NCBI GenBank assembly: GCA_965208125.1
Contig: OZ242320.1
Span: 2,816,001-2,880,000, forward strand
Reading direction: 5' to 3'
Source of the DNA: Candidatus Latescibacterota bacterium
Lineage (GTDB): Bacteria; Latescibacterota; UBA2968
DNA length: 64,000 nt
Shown: piece by piece, positions 56,413-64,000 of the stretch
Numbering within the stretch: position 1 is the first letter of the stretch
Layout of the letters: every line of letters starts with the position of its first letter
Translations under genes and position numbers: made by a program
The notes under the pieces: model-generated
Told to the model about the DNA's origin: nothing
Databases searched by the model: none
What the model saw: only the letters and a program-made list of their open reading frames with translations

Positions 56413-58581
56413 ATGAGTGTGGTAGCCGTTGGAGAATTGAATGTAGATGCCGAGCTTTACGCATTGGTCAAAGACGAAATCGCACCCGATACGGGTGTAG
56501 ATGCAGAGGCTTTTTGGCGTGGGTTGGAGGAGATTGTAAGAGATCTGGGACCGGAGAACCGGCGTTTATTGGAAAGGCGCGATGTCTTGCAGGCAAAGAT
56601 CGATGCCTGGCACAAGGGGCGCGAATCTATTGATGGGGAAGCGTACAGGGCATTTTTGCAAGAGATCGGATATTTATTGTCCGAAGGGGATCATTTTCAG
56701 GTGTTGACAAATGGCGTTGATCCAGAGGTTGCGACAGTGGCCGGACCGCAGTTGGTCGTGCCGGTGGATAATGCGCGTTATTGTTTGAATGCGGCCAATG
56801 CGCGCTGGGGTAGTTTGTACGATGCGCTGTATGGGACAGATGTGATTCCGGAGGATGATGGTGCGGATAGGGGAACGGCGTATAATCCCGTGCGCGGGGA
56901 GAAGGTGATTGCCAGAGCGAATAATTTTTTGGATGCGACTGTGCCGATGTCCAATGGGGCTTATGCAGGAGTGACGGCGTTTGCTCTGGGCGAAGAGGGC
57001 GGACAAAAGGTGCTTGTGGCAGAGGTTGATGGTCGGGATACAGGATTGTTAGATCCGAGTCAGTTTGTGGGCTATGCGGAGCGGGATGGGGAATTATCCA
57101 GTGTTTTGTTGGCGCACAATGGATTGCATATTGAGATTCAGATCGATCCGGACCATCCCATTGGAAAAGACCATCCAGCAGGAGTAAAAGATGTGATGAT
57201 GGAATCAGCTATTACCACGATTCAGGATTGTGAGGATTCCGTATCTGCCGTGGATGCCGCGGATAAGGTGCTCGTGTATCGCAACTGGTGTGGTTTGATG
57301 AAGGGTACGCTGGAGACGACTTTTGAAAAGAATGGACAACCCCTGAATCGCAAATTGAATCCCGATAGGAATTATATCCGTCCAGATGGCGGTGCGTTGA
57401 CATTGCCGGGGCGAAGCACGCTGCTGGTGCGAAATGTGGGGATTCACATGTACACCGATGCGGTGACGACTGCAGATGGAGAGGCGATTCCCGAAGGGTT
57501 TTTGGATGCGATGGTGACGTCGCTGGCGGCTCTTCACGATTTGAAGGGCAATGGCGTGTTTCAAAATAGCCGCTCGGGCAGCGTGTATATCGTAAAGCCC
57601 AAGATGCACGGACCCGAAGAGGTAGCGGCGACGGTAGAATTATTTGGGCGCGTGGAAGATGCGCTTGGACTTGAGAGAAATACGCTGAAGATCGGGATTA
57701 TGGATGAAGAGCGGCGCACGACTGTCAATTTGAAGCGGGCTATGTGGGAAGCCCGCGAGCGCGTCATTTTTATCAATACGGGGTTTTTGGATCGCACGGG
57801 TGATGAGATGCACACGAGTATGGAAGCCGGTGCTATGCTTCCGAAGAACGAAATTAAGGCGCAACCGTGGTTGACGGCTTATGAAGATTGGAATGTGGAT
57901 GTGGGTATTGAGGCGGGGTTGATCGGCAAAGGGCAAATTGGCAAGGGGATGTGGGCGATGCCCGATGCGATGCGGGAGATGGTAGAGACGAAGATGAATC
58001 ACCCCGAAGCGGGGGCGACTACTGCGTGGGTTCCCTCGCCAACTGCGGCCACATTGCATGCGATGCATTACCATCAGGTGGATGTTTCGGCGCGGCAGGC
58101 AGAACTCGCGAGGCGAGAACGCGCGAGTCTGGATGCGATTTTGACGCCGCCTTTGCTGGATAGGGATTTGACGGATGAGGAGATCGCGCAGGAATTGGAC
58201 AATAATGCGCAGGGTATTTTGGGCTATGTGGTGCGCTGGGTTGATCAGGGTGTTGGCTGTTCCAAGGTGCCCGATATTCACGATGTGGGTCTGATGGAAG
58301 ATCGCGCGACATTGCGCATTTCGAGCCAGCATATTGCCAATTGGCTGCATCACGGGATTGTGAGTGCAGAGCAAGTCCGCGAGACGTTTGAGAAGATGGC
58401 CGCGGTTGTGGATCGGCAGAATGCGGGCGATGCGGCGTATCGCAATATGGCTCCAAATTTTGATGAGAGTATCGCGTTTCAAGCGGCACTCGATCTGGTT
58501 TTCAAGGGCCGCGAAGTACCCAATGGATATACTGAACTGGTTTTACACGCGCGGAGAAGAAGTGTGAAGGAAGAAGTGTGA
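56413..58581 (+). CDS. glcB: Malate synthase G
   Basis: [62 protein letters not shown]. Confidence 0.98.
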   Translation: MSVVAVGELNVDAELYALVKDEIAPDTGVDAEAFWRGLEEIVRDLGPENRRLLERRDVLQAKIDAWHKGRESIDGEAYRAFLQEIGYLLSEGDHFQVLTNGVDPEVATVAGPQLVVPVDNARYCLNAANARWGSLYDALYGTDVIPEDDGADRGTAYNPVRGEKVIARANNFLDATVPMSNGAYAGVTAFALGEEGGQKVLVAEVDGRDTGLLDPSQFVGYAERDGELSSVLLAHNGLHIEIQIDPDHPIGKDHPAGVKDVMMESAITTIQDCEDSVSAVDAADKVLVYRNWCGLMKGTLETTFEKNGQPLNRKLNPDRNYIRPDGGALTLPGRSTLLVRNVGIHMYTDAVTTADGEAIPEGFLDAMVTSLAALHDLKGNGVFQNSRSGSVYIVKPKMHGPEEVAATVELFGRVEDALGLERNTLKIGIMDEERRTTVNLKRAMWEARERVIFINTGFLDRTGDEMHTSMEAGAMLPKNEIKAQPWLTAYEDWNVDVGIEAGLIGKGQIGKGMWAMPDAMREMVETKMNHPEAGATTAWVPSPTAATLHAMHYHQVDVSARQAELARRERASLDAILTPPLLDRDLTDEEIAQELDNNAQGILGYVVRWVDQGVGCSKVPDIHDVGLMEDRATLRISSQHIANWLHHGIVSAEQVRETFEKMAAVVDRQNAGDAAYRNMAPNFDESIAFQAALDLVFKGREVPNGYTELVLHARRRSVKEEV

Positions 58582-58591
58582 AGTGTGAAAT

Positions 58592-58620
58592 TGTAGGGGC
58601 GATCCTTGTGGTCGCCCGCC
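58592..58620 (+). repeat. REP-like element
   Basis: TGTAGGGGCGATCCTTGTGGTCGCCCGCC: GTAG head plus GGGCGA/TCGCCC stem. Confidence 0.65.
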
Positions 58621-58642
58621 CTATCTAAACAGGAATTGAACA

Positions 58643-59428
58643 ATGGGGCGAAAGTTGCTGGTTTTTGATATTGGCAATTCGCGTTTGAAGGCGGCGTTAT
58701 ACGATGGCGACCGCCCGATTGCGCGTGCGTCTATAAACGCGGTGCGAGATATGGCCGGTGAGGATTACAAGGCACAGGTCGTGAATGTTCTCGAATCGCG
58801 TTTTGCCCCGAGAGAGACGCCTGACCACTGTTTGATTGCTTCTGTGGTGCGCGGCGTAGATGAGATGATTCACAAGGCGGTTCAGACTGTATGGGGGTTA
58901 ATGCCACAGGTGGTTGATACAGAAATGGATCTGGGGATTGATGTCGCTGTGCCCCGTCCCGACCATGTTGGTATTGATCGGCTATTGCAGGCGAGCGAGG
59001 CGTTTCGCGTTTGCGCAGGAAGTGTGGTTGTCGCCGCTTTTGGCTCTGCGCTGACTGTGGATCTGGTGACAGCAGATGGTGTTTTTCGCGGGGGGACGAT
59101 TGCGCCCGGTTTGGGGATGGGGTTGCGCGCGCTGCACGATGAAACGAGTTTGCTTCCCCAGGTGGCACTTCAACCGCCTGATTCGGCTGTTGGGACGGAT
59201 ACGGCTTCTTGCATTCAGGCGGGGGTTATTTATGGGGCTGCTGGTGCCGTAGAGCGACTGTTTAGTGAATTGGTTTCCGATGGGCGGGCGACGCTTGTTT
59301 TGACCGGGGGGGATGCCGAGTTGATTGCGCCTTTTGTGAAATTTCCACATCGCATAGAGCCAGATCTGGTTATGCGTGCGCTGGTTTGGTTAGATCGCAG
59401 GATTTTTGCGGTTAAGGGGCAAAAGTAG
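58643..59428 (+). CDS. coaX: Type III pantothenate kinase
   Basis: DIGNS, ASVV, GIDR, FGSALT.D, GG.IAPG, TGGDA. Confidence 0.92.
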   Translation: MGRKLLVFDIGNSRLKAALYDGDRPIARASINAVRDMAGEDYKAQVVNVLESRFAPRETPDHCLIASVVRGVDEMIHKAVQTVWGLMPQVVDTEMDLGIDVAVPRPDHVGIDRLLQASEAFRVCAGSVVVAAFGSALTVDLVTADGVFRGGTIAPGLGMGLRALHDETSLLPQVALQPPDSAVGTDTASCIQAGVIYGAAGAVERLFSELVSDGRATLVLTGGDAELIAPFVKFPHRIEPDLVMRALVWLDRRIFAVKGQK

Positions 59429-62114
59429 CGGCGTTGAGGAGAACGATGCGGTCGCAGGTGATAGCGGGATAATCCCGTACGGTGATGGTTTTTTCCGAGG
59501 CGGATTCGATTTCGTAGCCGGTGTCTGCGGCTAATAGATAGGTTCCGGGGAGGGTGTCGGGTTCGGACAGGGTTTGCGATATATGATAGGTGCGATTGTC
59601 AACTGAGGTGACGTCGAGTGAGGTCTGTGCCTGTGAGCGCGTAAGGGTGTGACTGCCGTAGCTGAGTTCGGTGCCGCAGAGCAGATAAGCCCGTTGGAGA
59701 TTGCCCTGATTGTCGATGGATACATAAGCGAATTTGCCTGTGATGGAGATGGGGCCGAGGTCATGAGTGGTGCTATCTGGGGCTGATAGGATGTAGTCGG
59801 TACAGCCATCGCGTTTTACAGCGATTGCCATGGCGCTGGTGTCGGGGTCGTTCAGGATCAGGTGTGCGGATTGGATGGGTGATTTGTCGGTGTAGGGTGC
59901 GATGACAGCGGCGTACCTTGTGTTCGCGTCGTCTTTGCGTTCGGCCAGGATTTGCTGGACAGGTGGGGCGTTGAGCTGGTCGCCCAGGTCTGAGCGCCAG
60001 CCGGGCGCGTCTGCGAGCAGGAGGCGATGGATGGGGTTGAGCAGAGTGAGGTCCATTCGCAGGTCCTGGTTTTGCCATGTGGCGGTGAAGGGGGCTTGGG
60101 GATGGTCGGCGCGGATGTTGTCGAGCCATTCGATTTTTTCGTTTACGGGTTGGGGGTCGGCACCGCGAATGCCCGTAAGGCGGCCGTTGCAGTGGAAGCC
60201 ATACTGGTGGAGATTGCCGCCGTTTATTCGGAAGATGTCGATGGCATAGGTCTGTTCGCCGGGGATCTGGATGAGCGCACAGGTGCGCTGGTAGCGGTCG
60301 CATTGCTCGTACGGAGCGGCGGATGCCTGGACGATTTCGACGCCTGCGCCCGTGCCAAAGAGTTCCAGGGTGGCGGGTTTCGGGTTGCCGTTCTGGTTTT
60401 GGGCGTCAACGGTGACGATGTTGTGGGAGAGGGTGCTTTTGGTCCATGCATTTCTGGGGTCGTCCCAGATATAACCCCGGTCTGCAGCCATTTCTCGCCC
60501 ATGGGCGATGTAGATGATGCCCAGGCTGTCGTAGTGGCGATGGCCGCCAAAGCCATAACCGTTGAAGTAGAAGGCGGTGTGACCTTTTGGGTTTCCGCCG
60601 CGCAGGACGGCCACGTGCCAGCCGGGGAACCATTCGGTGTGGTGGGGCAGGTCGGTGTCCTGTTCGGCTACTATATCGGGGGCCCGGTGCCAGAGGGCGT
60701 ATTCGTCGCCTTTTTGTGAGAGCGGGGCGTTCTGCGATTTTTCCAGCAGGCCGGCGTAGCGATTGCCGTAATGGGCGGATAGGACTTCGGCGTAGATGGG
60801 GTCGATGCTGCGGCCTTCTCGGGAGTCTCCGATGACGGGGTCTTGCAGGTTCGGGTCGAGCATGCGGGCCATGCTTTCCAGAGAGAGACGGTAGCGGTCA
60901 AAGTGCTGAAAGGGGTCCAGGTTTTTGAGGGGTGGACCGGTTTCGGGTTCGTAGCCGTCGGGGTCGGAGTATCCGACGAGCAGTTCTGGGATGTCGCGCA
61001 ACAGGTTGAGGTGCATGGCGGAATAGGAGGGAGATTCGGTACAGAAGCCGTCGAAGTGGAAAGCATCTTCGAGGAGGATTTCAAGACCTTCGATGGCGCG
61101 GCGCACGCTTTGTGGTCTGTTAAAGAGTATGCCGACGGCGGCGCTTAGTGCGCGGCCGGGACCGCATTTGTTGTTGATTTCGCTCCAGTTTTCGGTGTCT
61201 GCACAGCCGGATAGGATGAGGTCGTTGACGATGCGTTGATCCATTTCGGGTGTGAGGACTGGGGAGCCATCCTGATATTGGGCAGTTCGGATGAGGTCGT
61301 AGGCCAGGGTGACCTGGAGAATGCTTCCGCCGTCAGAGCCGCTGCAGCCAAAGCGTCCGGCACCCCAGAAGCCGTTGTTGAGTATTGCATGGTCGGCCTC
61401 GCGATGGCGGCCTTCAAAGGCGGTGATGATGGTTTCGACGGGAAAACGCCCGGCGCGGGGATATTTGCCCAGGGAGATGGCTACTTCGGCCGGCGGGCAA
61501 TCCGCTATGGTGCCGTCGTAGGAGTGGAAGAGCCAGTTGGGGTATCGCCGCGCCATGCAGTCCATGATCCAGGCGCATCGCTGGGCGTATAATACGTCAT
61601 CCGTGAGGGCGTATAATTTGGCAAGCGGTAGTATTTGTTCGAAGCACCAGCGGCTTTTTTTTGTGCGGATGATGCCGGTCCAGCTCGTGTGTACGGGCCA
61701 CCGGACCCATTTGAAGGCGTATTTGCCGGATTTGTCTTCGGGGTGGGCGCGTTCTTCGTCGGTGAGGTAGAAGGTGAAGGTCTGGTTCATTCTGGGCGCG
61801 GTGATGCTGCCGGTTTCGGGATAGTTGGCGTTGGGATATTCGGTTTTGCAGTATTTGCATAAGAGTTTATCCGGATCGGTGGGATCCCATTCGTACAGGC
61901 CGGTTTCGCCCATGGAGGAGAGGCGGTTGACGCAGGCGGGACAGTTCTGGCCGTATTCGGGCCAGGGGGTGAGTTCGGGCATCATGGCGTCGATAAAGTC
62001 GCGGTTCTGGTCCATGAGGTGGGTGACCTGCTGTTTCCAGCTTTCGAGGATGGTCTGCGCCCAGGGGTAGCGGCTGAGGTTTTTACGGGCGTTTTCGACG
62101 TTGAGTAGCGGCAT
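59412..62114 (-). CDS. Heparinase II/III family protein
   Basis: DGFCTESPSY, PVIGDS, GHRHYD, SHNIVTVD. Confidence 0.8.
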   Translation of the reverse strand: MPLLNVENARKNLSRYPWAQTILESWKQQVTHLMDQNRDFIDAMMPELTPWPEYGQNCPACVNRLSSMGETGLYEWDPTDPDKLLCKYCKTEYPNANYPETGSITAPRMNQTFTFYLTDEERAHPEDKSGKYAFKWVRWPVHTSWTGIIRTKKSRWCFEQILPLAKLYALTDDVLYAQRCAWIMDCMARRYPNWLFHSYDGTIADCPPAEVAISLGKYPRAGRFPVETIITAFEGRHREADHAILNNGFWGAGRFGCSGSDGGSILQVTLAYDLIRTAQYQDGSPVLTPEMDQRIVNDLILSGCADTENWSEINNKCGPGRALSAAVGILFNRPQSVRRAIEGLEILLEDAFHFDGFCTESPSYSAMHLNLLRDIPELLVGYSDPDGYEPETGPPLKNLDPFQHFDRYRLSLESMARMLDPNLQDPVIGDSREGRSIDPIYAEVLSAHYGNRYAGLLEKSQNAPLSQKGDEYALWHRAPDIVAEQDTDLPHHTEWFPGWHVAVLRGGNPKGHTAFYFNGYGFGGHRHYDSLGIIYIAHGREMAADRGYIWDDPRNAWTKSTLSHNIVTVDAQNQNGNPKPATLELFGTGAGVEIVQASAAPYEQCDRYQRTCALIQIPGEQTYAIDIFRINGGNLHQYGFHCNGRLTGIRGADPQPVNEKIEWLDNIRADHPQAPFTATWQNQDLRMDLTLLNPIHRLLLADAPGWRSDLGDQLNAPPVQQILAERKDDANTRYAAVIAPYTDKSPIQSAHLILNDPDTSAMAIAVKRDGCTDYILSAPDSTTHDLGPISITGKFAYVSIDNQGNLQRAYLLCGTELSYGSHTLTRSQAQTSLDVTSVDNRTYHISQTLSEPDTLPGTYLLAADTGYEIESASEKTITVRDYPAITCDRIVLLNAATFAP

Positions 62115-62282
62115 GGGTACTCCTGTGGAACGCGTTGGTTTTATCGCTTTTACTTTTTGCAATATATTGAGAAATAGACTTTGTGTCTAACCATTCTTGC
62201 GTCTTGCGTCTCTCTTTTGTAATATCTTCACTGACCGGATGCATAATACCAGAATACAGGTTATTTATTTTGGAGGACTACG

Positions 62283-63320
62283 ATGGGGAAGCAGCAAATA
62301 GCAGCAACAATGCTCAATAAAGACGATTTGATCGTTATTTGCGGGGCGGGCGGTTTTATTGCCGGTGCGCTGACGCGATATTTTCACGATCAGGGGTTTG
62401 TGCGGCTTCGCGCTGTTGATAAGAAGCCTTTGCCCGAGTGGTACCAGCGTGTGCCGGGGGTGGAGAATCTGTGTTTGGATTTGAGCGATGCAGATAATTG
62501 CAAACGCGCCGTTGAAGGGGCTGCTGAAGTGTACAATCTCGCGGCGGATATGGGGGGGATGGGATTTATCGAGCGGTTCAGGATCGACTGTTTGCGGAGT
62601 ATTCTGATCAATACCCATCTGATTGAAGCGGCCTATTGGGCAGGTGTTGATCGGTATTTCTTTTCTTCTTCTGCCTGCGCGTATAATACTGAGTTGCAGG
62701 AGGATCCCAATGTGCGCGCACTCAAAGAATCAGATGCGTATCCGGCAATGGCAGAGCGTGGATACGGTTGGGAGAAGTTGGTTTCGGAGATGTTTTGCGA
62801 GGAATACTGGGCAGAGCGCGAGATGAAGACGGCGATTGCGCGGTTCCACAATGTGTATGGTCCTTATGGGACGTGGGATGGCGGCCGGGAGAAGGCGCCT
62901 GCTGCGCTTTGTCGCAAAGCGATTGAGGCCAAAGACAATGGCAATCTCGAGATTGATATTTGGGGCGATGGCAACCAGACGCGCAGTTTTATGTATGTTG
63001 ACGATTGTATCAGGGGCATCGATCTGATTATGCACAGTGAGGACCTCGTTGCAACGCCTATTAATCTGGGTTCGAGCGAGTTGGTTTCCATCAATGAACT
63101 GGTGAGTGTTATCGAGGAGATCGGCGGTATTAAACTCAATCGCACGTATGATCTCACGGCACCTCAGGGCGTTGCTGGTCGCAATAGCGACAATACGATG
63201 ATTAAAGAAATGCTCGATTGGGAGCCAGATACCTCTTTGCGCGATGGTATGGCTAAGACTTATGCCTGGATTGCACAACAATATGCGGACCGCAAAGCGG
63301 GTAAGCGGACGGTGAGTTAA
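62283..63320 (+). CDS. GDP-mannose 3,5-epimerase-like NAD-dependent epimerase
   Basis: GAGGFIA, LAADMGGMGFI, SSACAY, YGWEK, GGREKAPAALCRK, GRNSDNT. Confidence 0.88.
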   Translation: MGKQQIAATMLNKDDLIVICGAGGFIAGALTRYFHDQGFVRLRAVDKKPLPEWYQRVPGVENLCLDLSDADNCKRAVEGAAEVYNLAADMGGMGFIERFRIDCLRSILINTHLIEAAYWAGVDRYFFSSSACAYNTELQEDPNVRALKESDAYPAMAERGYGWEKLVSEMFCEEYWAEREMKTAIARFHNVYGPYGTWDGGREKAPAALCRKAIEAKDNGNLEIDIWGDGNQTRSFMYVDDCIRGIDLIMHSEDLVATPINLGSSELVSINELVSVIEEIGGIKLNRTYDLTAPQGVAGRNSDNTMIKEMLDWEPDTSLRDGMAKTYAWIAQQYADRKAGKRTVS

Positions 63321-63333
63321 GGGTATTTATTTT

Positions 63334-64000
63334 ATGGGCAAAGATATTACGAGCGTTATTGGCAATATTCCATTTCGCATGGCTTTTGCCGGTGGGTGGA
63401 TTGATCAGCCGTTTTTGTCTCAGTACAATCCATCGCCTCCCGGGTCTATGGTTGTGGTTTCGCTCGAGCCGACCAGTCGTTTTATGAATCGCTGCGGTAT
63501 GGCGACGAGTACGAGAGACGTTGCGATGAGGCTCTGGGGTTCTGCGTTTCCCGATCGCGCGCCGTCCGATCTGGTGAAGGAATTGTACACGGTTGAAAAT
63601 GAGGGCAAGGCCGAGCCGTCGGGGTCGCAGGATATGGTCGGGTTGCTTTATCCGGGTGTGAGCAGGCTCGATTACGATTGCGAGTACGAGGGGGGGTATT
63701 TTCCGGTCCATATCGAGTCCAATAATGACCCCGATGTCGCACGTTGGATCGAAGATGTGATCTACATGGTTCCGGTTGCCCCGCGGCCCGATGGCTATGA
63801 GCCGTTGGGTGAAAAGAATTTAGATCCGATATGGATTGAGAGATTGAGCCAGTCGGGCAAGGATTGTTATGATGCGATTATTGCCAGGGATGTGCGGGGA
63901 TTGGGTGCATCGCTGAATGAGTGTATGGTTTGCTGGGAGACCCTGTTGCCGCATACGGTACGACATCCGACTATCCGGATTGATCTGATGGGTATTCTGG
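63334..64000 (+). CDS. GHMP-kinase-like protein (3' end outside window)
   Basis: Missing from the ORF track; ATG at 63334 reads MGKDITSVIGNIPFRMAFAGGWIDQP...CGMATSTR...SGSQD and appears open to the window end. Confidence 0.7.
   Translation, partial: MGKDITSVIGNIPFRMAFAGGWIDQPFLSQYNPSPPGSMVVVSLEPTSRFMNRCGMATSTRDVAMRLWGSAFPDRAPSDLVKELYTVENEGKAEPSGSQDMVGLLYPGVSRLDYDCEYEGGYFPVHIESNNDPDVARWIEDVIYMVPVAPRPDGYEPLGEKNLDPIWIERLSQSGKDCYDAIIARDVRGLGASLNECMVCWETLLPHTVRHPTIRIDLMGIL

Overview
Gene-dense bacterial chromosomal window. I saw no rRNA, tRNA, CRISPR array or intact transposase. Housekeeping genes (type-2 ileS, argH/argG, truC, an FKBP, pyrH, purD, purE, glcB, coaX) are interleaved with catabolic and accessory genes. 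These include two GcvT-family demethylases, a sulfatase, three Gfo/Idh/MocA oxidoreductases, two PhyH dioxygenases, a heparinase II/III-like protein, a DUF6785-like transporter and a polyamine-type ABC transporter with duplicated binding proteins. The mix resembles Latescibacterota/Poribacteria-type sponge symbionts, which is an inference only. Most notable: (1) a three-gene MoxR AAA+ / GXGXG beta-helix / vWA operon with a Cys-rich insert and a degenerate zincin motif; (2) repeated toxin-antitoxin or defence pairs where one gene survives and the partner is reduced to a stub of about 15-25 codons (at least five sites); (3) an AT-rich island with a HEPN-motif gene that splits argG from argH; (4) a compensating -1/+1 frameshift that recodes five residues in one of two tandem binding-protein paralogues; (5) a CxxCH-porin fusion; (6) a possibly degenerate RepB/AEP primase-like protein coupled to argH. 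All family calls come from motif recognition by eye, not from database searches.
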